From: Haliotis rubra
Taxonomy: Eukaryota
Length of the DNA stretch: 64,000 bases
Assembly: GCF_003918875.1 (NCBI RefSeq)
Contig: NW_025766990.1
Location: 434,001 to 498,000, forward strand
Direction: 5' to 3'
Every line of letters starts with the position of its first letter. Positions within the stretch are counted from its first letter, which is position 1. Below the pieces are notes generated by a model that saw only the letters and a program-made list of their open reading frames with translations, had not been told where the DNA came from and made no database searches. The position numbers and the translations under genes were made by a program. Positions 25,842 to 38,796 of the stretch are shown in pieces.

Positions 25842-25948
25842 GGCCCAGATTTTCAAAGCTCTCTTAGCGCTAAGATAGTCGTAAGTTAATGTCAATGTAT
25901 GGCACTTACGACTATCGTAGCGCTAAGAGAGCTTCGAAAATCTAGGCC
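25842..25948. mobile_element. Harbinger/Tourist-like hairpin MITE (107 bp)
   Basis: Near-perfect palindrome GGCCCAGATTTTC...GAAAATCTAGGCC; 3-bp TSD CTG. Confidence 0.8.
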
Positions 25949-26129
25949 CTGATTATTTACTCAAGGAGGGGTATTTCGCAATGGGGTCACAATGTAGGGT
26001 AAAGCTGTGAATATCTTCTCAGTGTTGTCATGCCGGGAAAACAAACGAACACAAACAGTACTTCATGCAACACAACGTTCACGCCCTTCCAGCTTGTGTA
26101 TAGACGTAATATCGCCGACAGCGTCAAGA

Positions 26130-27830
26130 CACCCCATTCGCCCACTCACACAAGTGTAACCGTAAAGGTCCGGGTTAGAATTGATCTTCAGTAACCAATG
26201 CTTGTCGTAAGAGGCGACTAATGGGATCGGGGGGTCAGGCTTGCCGACTTGGCTGACACATGTTATGGTATCCCAATTGCGTAGATCGATGCTCATGATA
26301 TTGATCACTCGATTGAGTGATGCACAATCGATTATTTACATTCCGCCGCTATATACCTGAAATAATGCTGAGTGCGGCGTAAAACTAAACTCACTCACTC
26401 ACTCACTCACACCGTGACCGTGAAGAACCGGAAGAGAATTCAGCAACCAAATCTGGCCCTTCAGGGCGACTAAAGGTATCGGGTGGTCAGGCCCGCTAAC
26501 TTGGTTGATGCATGGCATGCCATCATGTCCCAATTCTGTAGATCAATGCTCAGAACCATGCATGGCCACAATACCCCAGGACGTGGTAACGAGTGCTGAT
26601 ACGCGAGGTCAGTCTGTGTCCATACAGCCACACGTGGAGGCTCCTTGAAGCAATCGGGGTGGGGGTTGGAGTCGCTTGAGGTCAGTTTGTGAAGCATAAC
26701 AAACTAAACATTTGTAAGGACTGACTTCAATATATATGTGTTTATGGAGATTGATGTCAAGTTAATATATAGAATATACTCTCCACTCAAAATAAAAGAT
26801 CCGGAGTTAAAATCTGATCATAATAATGACATAGCAGATTCTTAGGTCTTTTTCCACTCAACAGTAGGCACTGTTTTGATCACGACTGACTGTCTTCTGT
26901 GAGTGAGTCAGGTTTTACGCCGCTTTTAGCAATATTCCAGCATTATCACGGCGGTTAACACCACAAATGGGCTTCACATGTTGTACCCATGTGGGGAATC
27001 AAACCCGGGTCTTCAGCTTGACGAGCGGACGCTTTAACCATTAGGCTACCCCAACGCACCCTTGTCTTCTGTGAAACACCGGAGAGCCAGACAAACGGCG
27101 TGTGTAACTGACGGGAGGAAACCGCAGACCCTTTTACGATCAAAAACACCTCTCTACTCATAATCCGATTTTTGGAAGACAATAATCAAATTGAATATCT
27201 TTTGACTATCAAACAAACCCTCTGTGTGGATATAATACAATTATTTCCCTTTGTACTATCAAACACTCTCTCCTCTGTTGCTTCGTAGTATGATGGCATA
27301 CAATTTCATTATTTTAATCCGAACTTCGGGTCTCTGTGATGCAATAAAGAAATGGCTGAGCGACCTTTGGAGAATTATCCAGTCAGTTAGCCAGGCATTG
27401 TCTCACTGACACTGTTGACCTATATCTCTCACTGCGGGAGTCTGCGGTCAGGTTGATGTACTCTGACAATAAGAAGTTGACCTGAGATAGGAGACCACAT
27501 TTGCCTCAAAGCTTCTAGCAATGAATAGTTCACTTCCGACTGGAGACAACATTTGCCGCAAGCTTCACATTTGACAAAATTTAGTCACTTGGGGCTGAAG
27601 CATCCACGACCCTTTGCGCACACATGTAAACGGACAGACAATATATAATTTAATATCAGCAAATATCCTGAAAGTTATCCAGTTGACATTTTCACTCGTG
27701 TCTGTCCATTGCGCCATAATATCAACCATGTCATATCCCCCGATGTTGTAACCATGTTACTGGCCGAGGAAGGCAATTATTCTCTATTTACTTGAATCAT
27801 AACATACGTCCTTTTCTTAAAATGTATTGA
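26130..27830 (+). repeat. Left outer arm of inverted duplication
   Basis: Reverse complement of ~36740-38960 (e.g. ORFs MLHKLTSSDSN... at 26697 minus and 37953 plus). Confidence 0.9.
26159..26410 (+). mobile_element. SINE-like family B (~245 bp, no tRNA head, structured 5' end)
   Basis: CCGT(G/A)AAG(G/A)TCCGGGTTAGAATTG(A/G)TCTTCAGTAACC...GTCGTAAGAGGCGACTAA...AATA(T/A)TGCTGAGTGCGGCGTAAAAC(TCAC)n. Confidence 0.9.
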
Positions 27831-28846
27831 CATTTGGACCATGTTGACGGAAGGGGTTATCTAAGTGAGTTATCTTGACACGTGATAAAATGGGGGAATT
27901 GGTTCCTTTCTTGAATGGAGGTTATAGAAGGTCAGTAAATTAAAATGTTTTGTAGAATAACTTCAAAGTACAATAACACGGTCTTGATCAGTTCAACAGT
28001 CACAACATTTCTGGTGTCCCCCGTCGTGATATTGCTGGAATATTGCTAAAAGAGGCGTAAAACCCAACTAACTCACTTACTCAACAGTCACGTCACTGTG
28101 TCTGTTCACAACTATCAAACAGTTTTTTGTGTATTTTTTTAATTCTTTTTATTTGTTAACTATCAAACAGTTGGTTAGGCACGGATGTCCCAGCGTCTGC
28201 GGAGAGTTGTATCATTAGGACCAGAGAAACCATAGACCGTGGGTTCGAATCCCAGATTTTCACTGATTTCTTTTCTACATTTTGCCAGCTTGGCTAAACT
28301 GGTTTTTCTCTCCCGATTAAACTAACACGCCGTCACTTAACTTAATTACCATTCAAAGTGGGATTAAACCAAACTCACTCACACATCAAAAGCAACGTTT
28401 GTACTATAATCGAGGGTACCAATTTCATCTACGGAGATCCGTGTTAGAACTGGTTTTCAGGAACCCATCCTTGTCGAAGCTGGCTCACTTCTACCACATG
28501 TTTCTACCAAACGTTTCGGAAAAATATGTACAATATGGATTGCTCGGAACTGAGTTGATAGGAATGGATCGTGAAGCATATTTTGCCAGTATATATTACC
28601 ACAAACATGCCCTAACACGGTTCGCAGATTTTAGGGAAACGAGAATTTTCCCTTTCTGTCACTTGCATTATATGATATAATGAGGTACAGTGGCATGGCT
28701 ACAGACAAAATGAGTGAAAATTCAGAGAATGTAACCAGGAACAACTGTGCCCAGGTCCGTGACCAATGGCGATACTTCAACAGGCAGTATTTTCTTACTG
28801 GTCCACTTGTCTATATTTCCTAGTAAAATCAGGCTCTGATATTATA

Positions 28847-29011
28847 GTGAGTGAGTGACTTTGGTTTTACGCCGCTTTTAGCAATATTCCAGCAATATCA
28901 CGGCGGGGGACACCAGAAATGGGCTTCACACATTGTACCCATGTGGGGAATCGAACCCGGGTTCTCGGCGTGACGAGCCATCGCTTTAACCTCTAGCCTA
29001 CCCCACCGCCC
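28847..29011 (-). mobile_element. SINE family A (other copies at 30662-30823, 31608-31767, 38223-38812 interrupted)
   Basis: TSD TCTGATATTATA. Confidence 0.9.
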
Positions 29012-29159
29012 CTCTGATATTATAAACTGGTCGAATTAGACAGTTGTTACAAGGCAGTTCATACATAAGAACAAATTTGGTTACATTAGGACGATACTTT
29101 CTTTCTGGAATTATGCACGACCAGTGGTCCAAAAATGTCCCCAAGCATATCACATCATC

Positions 29160-29670
29160 TTTAAAGATGATACCTTTGGTTCGATATAACGCAATAAAAC
29201 CAGAGTTTCTACAGGGGATCCATTTCCCACCAGCTGTACACAACCTCTTTATTTTTATGCACTGGCGGAGAGCTTAATGGTCTGTTGTCTCGGTGTGAAG
29301 AGGTCTATGGGGCTTAATGTCCACAAGAGCCGTGCAGTTCTTTTTACAGTCATTAGGCTCAGCGCAAGCTTCTCAGTGGAGGTCGACTTTGAAATATACC
29401 ATCTGTACCCGATACTGCATCTTACGTATATGCAGCGATTCATCAGCAACAGGAAGACTTCCTGTCCTGGTTTAAGGAAATCCTCTGACGTCAAGATCCC
29501 CTTCGTCAGGCTTCAGTTGACGTTTCTCGATGTAAAGAAAAACTTTAGCAAAATGGCGCTCAGCACCGAGTCGTGAGGCAAAAACGGAATTGGTCAGTCT
29601 GACTCTATCGATGTCTCTCAAAATAGTAGCTAGACGTAACACATGCTGTTTTGTTTTTAGATACAGATCA
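29160..29670 (+). mobile_element. Decayed 3' end of a non-LTR retrotransposon (L1/Tx1-like), tentative
   Basis: Broken frames give VHNLFIF..W, LKYTIC and FLSWFKEIL..QNGA, resembling the Tx1 ORF2 C-terminus. An inverted paralog lies at ~35590-36125. Confidence 0.3.
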
Positions 29671-29784
29671 GAGAGCTGTTGTTATTTTTGTTCCGGATCG
29701 TCGTGTCTGTGTCGACGATGTTTCCCTTTGTAATGGTTGAAGGAATGTTTCCTGCCGTGAAAAGGTCAGTAACGGTGCCCCGGA

Positions 29785-30150
29785 AGTTTCAAATCGGTAT
29801 TATTGGTTTGTATTACAGAATAACGGGGTCCACGTCTAAAGTGATACCATGCACATTAAATGAAACACCAAGAACAAGGAGGGTTGGTCTAAGTTAACCC
29901 TCATCACGTACCGCACGTGCATTTGTTTCACTACTGCGCTTACCCCCTTGTAATACAAACCAATATAAGCGATTTGAAACAATGATCGTTTGTTAAACAA
30001 CTTTTTCCTAAGTTGAATAAAAATCTAAGATTTATTTTTTAAATTGGCAAGGTAGAATTGTGAGGATTCGCAATCTTAATTTCACTGTATTCCATTTACA
30101 TTTTTGTTCAAAGTGAAATTCACCGGTACGTTTTCACTGCAAACAGACTA
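29785..30150. mobile_element. Truncated copy of the 36222 MITE, opposite orientation
   Basis: Reverse-complement match to ~36222-36547; ends ACGTTTTCACTGCAAACAGACTA. Confidence 0.75.
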
Positions 30151-30384
30151 AAGCTATTAATGTCTTTTGGAAATCTTATACGCAGTATAATCAACGTTCT
30201 TGTATACACACATGTATCGAATTTCGATCACTGACCAGATTAGTTTATGTTACAGTTAAAGATAGGAACGGCATTCCATAAATCCTTCACATGAACAAAA
30301 TCTGGACCTTTAGAACTTCCCGTGGAACCTTGGCCTCTAATGACTTGCTCGGTTACGTTTTTGCTGAGGATCAATTATAACCTG

Positions 30385-30491
30385 GGCCCCGTTTCACAAA
30401 GCGATCGTAGCGCTACGACTGTCGTAAGTCTATGTTAAAGTATGGGTATTAAGATCACCTTAGCGCTACGATCGCTTTGTGAAACGGGGCC
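30385..30491. mobile_element. Harbinger/Tourist-like hairpin MITE (107 bp)
   Basis: GGCCCCGTTTCACAAAGCGATCGTAGCGCTA...TAGCGCTACGATCGCTTTGTGAAACGGGGCC; TSD CTG. Confidence 0.8.
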
Positions 30492-32144
30492 CTGGATCTT
30501 CACGATTGTGAGACTGAGTGATTGTGTTTGGTTCAATTCCGACCAGCGTTTCGGTTACACCAAGGCGTATCAACTTCATGTGGAAGAAGAACTCGTGAAG
30601 ATCCGGGTTAGAATTGGTCTCACCCGTTTAGATTGGATCACCCGTTTTTCCCTTATGTAAAGAGTGAGTGAGTAAGGGTTTACGCCTCAGTTAGCAATAT
30701 TCCAGCAATACGGCGGAGGAAACCAGAAATGGGCTTCACACATTGTACCCATGTGGGGAATCAAACTCATGGCTACGGGGTGACAAGCGAACGCTCTAAC
30801 CACAAGGCCACCCCACTGACTCCCTTATAAAACGAAGGTTCATGGAACATGTCGAAACCTATGTGATAACAGATGATATTAACTTTCAATAGAGAATTTC
30901 GTGACTGACATCTCGTCAAGATACCACAGGAATCTAGCAAACTACGGCGTTATACAACATTCACTCGCTGGAGTGTGAACGTGGGTATTAATGATGTCTC
31001 TGACTGCTACGCAATGCGTCAGCGGTGTTGTACCGATGTGCCAAAATCAATGGTCTTACAGCAGGCTTGAGACCGGGACGCCCACTCATGTGTAATGAAT
31101 TCGGCTTGTTTGATAACCTTATGTCAAGCTTAGCACGCCAAAGATGTACTACCTAATTAAGCTTGTATTTCCACAGCATTTGCCATTACAAGCGACCTGT
31201 CTCCTAATTAATGCCTGATTATAACTGATTTGCGATCCGAGTACAACAGGGTAACCTTTTATAAAAGCTACTGCCCTGATTGACGGTTCGAAAGGAAGAA
31301 ATGTTGCAGCTGATTAATCGTGAGGTCAGTTGCGGGTAGCTTGACCATTTTCACATCACTGGAGGGTGTATTTCAAGGGGGACGCCGAAGTTGAATCGTG
31401 ACTTTGGTTTTTCGTGAGTTTGGTTCCAGCAATAAGACGTCGGGGGCGCCAGAAATGGGATACAAATATTATTCCTAATCAGGGAATCGAACCCTGACCT
31501 TAAGTGCGAAAAGTTTAAATCACAAGGCTACCACATTGCCTGTTGGGACTTAGAGCATAGTGACGTATCAGTACTCAACCCTCTTAAATCTGCCTTTCTT
31601 CATAGGGAGGGCGGTGGGGTAGCCCAGTGGTTAAAGTGTTCGCTCGTCAGTCCGAAGACCCGGGTTCGATTCCCCACATGGGTACAGTTTGTGAAGCCCA
31701 TTTCTGGAGTCCCCTTGCCGTGATATTGCTGGCATATTGCTAAAAGCGGCGTAAAACCATACTCACTTAATTCCACAATGTGCGCTTGTTTGATGATACC
31801 CAAATACCCAAAAGGACAAAGTCTCATTCTGCTGCATGTGAGCCCATCTGATCATGGCAACCTTCAAGATGACAACTCAAATTAGGAATAATTTCTTAAA
31901 TTATGTCTCTTTTTCACAACTTCAGTAAAAGTTGTTAGCGACGACCGGATAAAAGCAAGTTGCCTGGAACTATTTCCTCTTATAAAACCATTGTGGCATT
32001 TAGATTTGAAAAAGTGTAACTACCGTCTTCCTGAAATGAAGAACAAGTGTGCTGGAGACAAAATGTAGCTCTGACAGCAAGTGAGAAGAAATGCCAGTAA
32101 AGGTGTCGGACCAGCAAAAATCAGGAGTGATGACTATCATTGGT

Positions 32145-34110
32145 GACAGTGTCCAGTAGCATGGGTTGACAGTGTCCAGTAGCATTGGTTGACAGTGTCC
32201 TGAAGCATGGGTTGACAGTGTCCAGTAGCATGGGTTTGACAGTGCCCAGTAGCATGGGTTGATAGTGTCCAGTAGCATGGGTTGATAGTGTCCAGTAGCA
32301 TGGGTTGACAGTGTCTAGTAGCATGGGTTTGACAGTGTCCAGTAGCATGGGTTGATAGCGTCCAGTAGCATGGGTTGATAGTGTCCAGTAGCATGGGTTG
32401 ATAGTGTCCTGAAGCATGGGTTGACAGTGTCCAGTACCAGTGTCAAGTAGCATAGGTTGACAGTGTCCTGTAGCATGGGTTGACAGTGTCCAGTAGCATG
32501 GGTTGACAGTGTCCAGTACCAGTGTCCAGTAGCATGGGCTGACAGTGTCCAGTAGCATGGGCTGACAGTGTCCAGTAGCATGGGTTGATAGTGTCCAGTA
32601 GCATGGGTTGACAGTGTCCAGTAGTATGGGTTTGGCAGTGTCCAGTAGTATGGGTTGACAGTGTCTAGTAGCATGGGTTGACAGTGTCCAGTACCAGTGT
32701 CCAGTAGTATGGGTTGACAGTGTCTAGTAGCATGCGTTTGACAGTGTCCAGTAGCATGGGTTGATAGCGTCCAGTAGCATGCGTTGATAGTGTCCTGAAG
32801 CATGGGTTGACAGTGTCCAGTACCAGTGTCAAGTAGCATAGGTTGACAGTGTCCTGTAGCATGGGTTGACAGTGTCCAGTAGCATGGGTTTACAGTGTCC
32901 AGCACCAGTGTCCAGTTGCATGGGTTGACAGTGTCCAGTAGCATGGGTTGATAGTGTCCAGTAGCATGGGTTGACAGTGTCCAGTAGCATGGGTTTGGCA
33001 GTGTCCAGTAGTATGGGTTGACAGTGTCTAGTAGCATGGGTTGACAGTGTCCAGTACCAGTGTCCAGTAGTATGGGTTGACAGTGTCTAGTAGCATGGGT
33101 TGACAGTGTCCAGTACCAGTGTCAAGTAGCATAGGCTGACAGTGTCCTGTAGCATGGGTTGACAGTGTCCAGTAGCATGGGTTGACAGTGTCCAGTACCA
33201 GTGTCAAGTAGCATAGGCTGACAGTGTCCTGTAGCATGGGTTGACAGTGTCCAGTAGCATGGGTTGACAGTGTCCAGTACCAGTGTCAAGTAGCATAGGT
33301 TGACAGTGTCCAGTAGTATGGGTTGCTAGTGTCCAGTAGCAGTGTCCAGTAGCATGGGTTGACAGTGTCCCGTAGTATGGGTTGACAATGTCCAGTAGCA
33401 TTTGTCTAGTAGCATGGGTTGACAGTGTCCTGTAGCATAGGGTTGACAGTGTCCAGTAGCATGGGTTGACAGTGTCCAGTAGCATGGGTTGACAGTGTCC
33501 AGTAGCATGGGTTGACAGTGTCCAGTAGCATGGGTTGACAGTGTCCAGTAGCATGGGTTGACAGTGTCCAGTAGCATAGGGTTAACAATATTCAATAGCA
33601 TGGGTTGACAGTGTCCAGTAGCATGGGTTGATAGTGTCCAGTAGTGTGGGTTGACAGTGTCCAGTAGCATGGGTTGACAGTGTCCAGTAGCATGGGTTGA
33701 TAGTGTCCAGTAGTGTGGGTTGACATTGTCTAGTAGCATGGGTTGATAGTGTCCAGTAGTGTGGGTTGACAGTGTCCAGTAGCATGGGTTGACAGTGTCC
33801 AGTAGCATGGGTTAACAGTGTCCAGTAGTATGGGTTGACAGTGTCCAGTAGCATAGGGTTAACAATATTCAATAGCATGGGTTGACAGTGTCCAGTAGTA
33901 TGGGTTGACAGTGTCCAGTAGTGTGGGTTGACAGTGTCTAGTAGCATGGGTTGACAGTGTCCAGTAGCATGGGTTGATAGTGTCCAGTAGTGTGGGTTGA
34001 CAGTGTCTAGTAGTATGGGTTGATAGTGTCCAGTAGCATGGGTTGACAGTGTCCAGTAGCATGGGTTGACAGTGTCCAGTAGCATGGGTTGACAGTGTCC
34101 AGTAGTATGT
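32145..34110. repeat. 23-bp satellite (GACAGTGTCCAGTAGCATGGGTT)n
   Basis: About 2 kb array with 12-bp partial units and longer duplicated blocks. Confidence 0.97.
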
Positions 34111-35589
34111 CAATCCAGCCTTGGACCTCTCGATGTCTGTATTTCTACCCAGCCTGTTGAGCTAACAAGGCACCTCTCCATAATCTTAATCAGATATACT
34201 TCAAATGATATATCCCAAAGATATATTTTCTTATTACACGATGGCTTTAGGAAATCTTCCATGATGAAAGAACGTCCGAAAGTCACTGATTGTTAGATTC
34301 CACTAAGTACCTAAGAAATATTTAATATTTTAGCCGAAAGATATACATTAATGTTGATGAAACTTCAAACGAAAGATGATCAAGGAATATTTCAGAGCGT
34401 AAAAAATAAGAAGAAAAAAACCCACCCAGAATACCTTCCAACGATTCGGATGATACCTTATACTTCCATGAGTTTCTGAAAGTCTCTAACTACGGTCTGA
34501 AGGCAGATTCGTTTTATGATCGTCGAAAAAGGTCATCTGTGCTTTTATGCCTGGTTTCGTCATTGGGTGACGGAAACGACTCAGTATTTGAATGGTTAAG
34601 TGTCAAGATACTCCGTTGGAAGTCCAACGTGCTTAGTGTCATCGATATAAAACCGTATTGATTGAGGGTAGCGAACATTCTCAGTGCCTCGAAACGTGGC
34701 CATTGAATGATAGTGTGCTTGTCGCCTGTGGAGGGGGAGAGCCATAGGCCATATTTACTTGCGGTCATTAGGACAGATCACCAAAAACGAAACCAAAAAA
34801 GTCAATTGGGCAAAGGTTTCACGGGAAGTTTTAAAGGTCGAGTTTTTTCATGTGAAGAATTTATGGCGTCAATCGAACGCCTTTCCCACGCTTAACTGTT
34901 AGAAAGGTTGATTGACTGGTCAGTGATGGAAATTCAATACATCTGTGAATAAGAACGTTCGTTTGATTATACTGTGTATAAGATTACTGGATAAAAACAT
35001 TAAATGCTAGCGACTGGTGATTGTTTATATGGTGAGGGTATCCTATTTAATTGAATTTTCTACAGTAAAAAGGATTTAAACGTATTACCATGAGAGGTAA
35101 AGAAACGGGATGGTATGTGGATGTTGATACAGTTGGTCATGGATATAGTTTAACGCTGTATCTGGAGGATGACGTCATTTTTATTGAGATCGTTTCATCA
35201 AATGTAACAGTAATACGAATAGGTGCAAAAACAACCTTGCCCACCACCCCTTTCCACTCACACTACCAACTTACTCACCCTTCTTATATCCGGTGTGACT
35301 AACGGGATCGGGTGGTCAGGTTCGCTGACTTGGTTGACATGTGTCATCGTATCCCAATTGAGTAGATCGACGCTCGTGCTGGTGATCACTGGATTGTCTG
35401 GTCCAGACTCGGTTATTTACTGACCGCCGCCATAGAGCTGGAATATTGCTGAGTGCGGCGTTAAACAACAAACAATCAAACAGTTAATATCCCCTACTTC
35501 TGCCAATACTCTTCTTTTGACCTTTTTACCTATCCCATACAGGATGACACTTTCCTAGAACCCATTACACGGGACGTTATTGGAAGGGA

Positions 35590-36125
35590 AAAAATCGGAT
35601 CTGTATAAAAAGCAACACAGCATGTGGTAGGCCTACATACCTACATACTATTTTGAGATACATCGATAAAGACCGACTGACCAAATCCGTTTTTGCCTTA
35701 AGACTCGGCGATGAGCACCATTTTGAGCTTAAGTTGTTCTTTACATCGAGAAACGTCAACTAAAGCCTGACGAACGGGGTCTTGATGTCAGAGGGTTTCC
35801 TTAACCCAGGACAGGAAGTCTTCCTGTTGCTGATGAATCGCTGCACATACGTAAGATGCAGTATCGGATACAGATGGTATATTTCAAACTCCACTGAGAA
35901 GCTTGCGCTGAGCCTAATGACTGTAAACAGAGCAGCAGAGCTATTGTGGACATTAAGCCCACATAGACCTCTTCACACTAAGACAATAGACCAATAAGCT
36001 CTCCGCCAGTGCATAAGAATAGGAGGTTGTGTACAGCTGGTGGGAAATGGATCCCCTGTAGGATAGGAACTTGGGTTTTAGGTTTTATTGCGTTATATCG
36101 AACCAAAGGTATCTTCTTTAAGGCT
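35590..36125 (-). repeat. Inner right arm of inverted duplication (paralog of 29160-29670)
   Basis: ORFs MTSEDFLKPGQEV (29494, minus) and MMSEGFLNPGQEV (35782, plus) are paralogous. Confidence 0.9.
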
Positions 36126-36221
36126 GATATTTCCTGTACATCTCATGTACGAAATGTACCTATCTTTCATTTTAACACACGTCTGTCCAAACATAAATCA
36201 CTTCAACATCTCTTCTAGTTA

Positions 36222-36716
36222 TAGTCTGTTTGCAGTGAAAACGTACAAGTGAATTTCACAGTGAAATTAAGATTGCGAATCCTCATAATTCTACCTTGCC
36301 AATTTAAAAATTAAATTTTAGATTTTTATTCAACTTAGGAAAAAATTTGTTTAACAAACGATCATTGTTTCAAATCGCTTATATTGGTTTGTATTACAAG
36401 GAGGTAAGCGCAGTAGTTGGAACAGTGAAACAAATGCACGTACGGTACGTGATGAGCGTTAATTAGACCAACCCTCCTTGTTCTCGGTGTTTCATTTAAT
36501 GTGCATACCCCCTTGTAATACAAACCAATAATACCGATTTGAAACTATGATCGTTTGTTAAACAACTTTTATCCTAAGTTAAATAAAAATCTGAGATTTA
36601 AATTTTGAAATGGCAAGATAAAATTATGAGGATTCGCAATATTAATCTCTCTTTATTTGATTTACATTTTTGTTTAAAGTGAAATTCATCGGCACGTTTT
36701 CACCGCAAATAGACTA
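36222..36716. mobile_element. ~495-bp MITE with long (~180-200 bp) imperfect TIRs
   Basis: TAGTCTGTTTGCAGTGAAAACGT...ACGTTTTCACCGCAAATAGACTA; TA on both flanks. Confidence 0.8.
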
Positions 36717-36942
36717 TAGTAAAGTTCAAAGAACGAGTGGTCTATGTCAAAGAAAAAGGGCATGAGTAAAGATTCAAGAAGAGAGAGAATATTTGATTGC
36801 CTTGTCCAGTAACATGTCTAAAACATGGATGGACCTGACAAAAGTTGATATTATGGCGCAGCGCCACAGACACGAGTGAAAATGTCAAGTATATAACGTT
36901 CAGGATATTTGCTAATGGTAAATTATACATTGTCTGCCCGAC

Positions 36943-37200
36943 ACTTGAAGATCCGGGTTAGAATTGGTCTTCAATAACCAATGCTTGTCGTAAGAGGCGA
37001 CTAACGGGATCGGGTGGTCAGACTCTCTGACTTGGTTGACACATGTCATCGTGTCCCAATTGCGTAGACTGATGCTCATGCTTCTGATCACTGGATTGTC
37101 TGGTCCAGACTCAATTCTTTACAGACCACCGCCATATAGTATAGAATGATGCTGAGTGCTGTTTTAAACAACCAACCAACCAACCAGCCAACCAACCAAC
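36943..37200 (+). mobile_element. SINE-like family B (another at 35293-35482)
   Basis: Consensus match with (CAAC)n tail. Confidence 0.88.
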
Positions 37201-38379
37201 ATTGCGTCCACACGTGTTCCACATGAGCTTGGATGCCTCAGCCCCAAGGGACTAAATTTGTCAAATGTGAAGCTTGCGGCAATGTTGTCTCGTGTTGGAA
37301 GTGAACTATTCATTGCTAGAAGCTTTGAGGCAAATGTGGTCTCCTATCTCAGGTCAACTACTTATTGTCAGATTGTCTACATCATCAACCTGACCGCAGA
37401 CTCCCGCAGTGAGAGATATAGGTCAACAGTGTCAGTGAGACAATGCCTGGCTAACTGACTGGATAATTCTCCAAAGGTCGCTCAGCCATTTCTTTATTGC
37501 ATCACAGAGACCCGAAGTTCGGATTAAAATAATGAAATTGTATGCCATCATAGTACGAAGCAACAGAGGTGAGAGTGTTTGATAGTACAAAGGGAAATAA
37601 TTGTATTGTATCTACACAGAGGGTTTGTTTGATAGCCAAAAGATATTCGATTTCATTATTGTCTTCCAGAAATCAGATTATGAATAGAGAGGTGTTTTTG
37701 ATCGTAAAAGGGTCTGCGGTTTCCTCCCGTTAGTTACACACGCCGTTTGTCAGGCTTTCAGCTTTTTACAGAGGATAATCAATCGGGATCAAGACAGTAC
37801 CTACTGTTTCAGGGGAAAAAGAAGAAGAGACTGCTAATCTTCGATATGTTGATTGGACTTTTGTTGTTGTTGAAAGTTGAATACGTAACTGGACATCAAC
37901 CTCCATAAACACACACGTATTGAAGTTAGTCCTTATAAATGTTTAGTTTGTTATGCTTCACAAACTGACCTCAAGCGACTCCAACTCCCATCCCGATTGC
38001 TTCAAGGAGCCTCCACGTGTGGCTGTATGGACAGAGACTGACCTCACGTATCAGCACTCGTTACCACGTCCTGGGGTATTGTGGCTGTTGATAGTACGTG
38101 ACGAAAGAGTATTCTCAGCTGGGTGTGAAGCTTACCATTTTGGTGGAATCAAGGAACCCATGCATGGTGTTGACACACCTAGAAGCATGATCATTGATCT
38201 ACGGAACTGGAACACGATGACATGAGTGAGTGAGTGACTTGGGTTTTACTCCGCTATCAGCAATATTCAAGCAATATCACGGAGGGGGACACAAGAAATG
38301 GGCTTCACACATTGTACCCATGTGGGGAATCGAACCCGGCTTTCGGCGTGAGGAGCGAACGCTTTAAACACTGGGCCAC

Positions 38380-38796
38380 TAGTAGTGTTCCGATTAATTG
38401 ACTGGTCACAGTGACCAAACGACCAAGCAATCGATCACATTTTCTCATAATCGAACATAAACGATTTTGGAACTACTGTTTTAGTCTTTGAAAAACTTGA
38501 CAATGGAACATATCTTAGAAGTTGTCAGGGCCTGAAAACATGTTTATTTCTTAGAAAACTCACTCCACTAACTGAAAGGTCATGACTGAATATTTCTCTA
38601 AGACTCCAGGAAGTTTATGTTCATGATATATTAGTCATCATTTTAATGTAGCAAGTTGCAACATGTTGCATACTTTTTGCAGTAACAACCTGGATAGGAA
38701 AATCTGAAAAATGACGCTAACCAATTTTTTTCGATGATTGTTCGTAGGTAATGAAGCAATCATCAATTATGAGATTTCAACCAATTCCCAACACTA
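38380..38796. mobile_element. hAT-type MITE (same family as 20352) inserted in a SINE-A copy
   Basis: Homologous ends; 8-bp TSD TGGGCCAC. Confidence 0.85.

Noticed and set aside
32000-34113. Repetitive ORFs or a CRISPR-like array
   Set aside because: Head-to-tail 23-bp satellite with no unique spacers and no cas genes; eukaryotic context.
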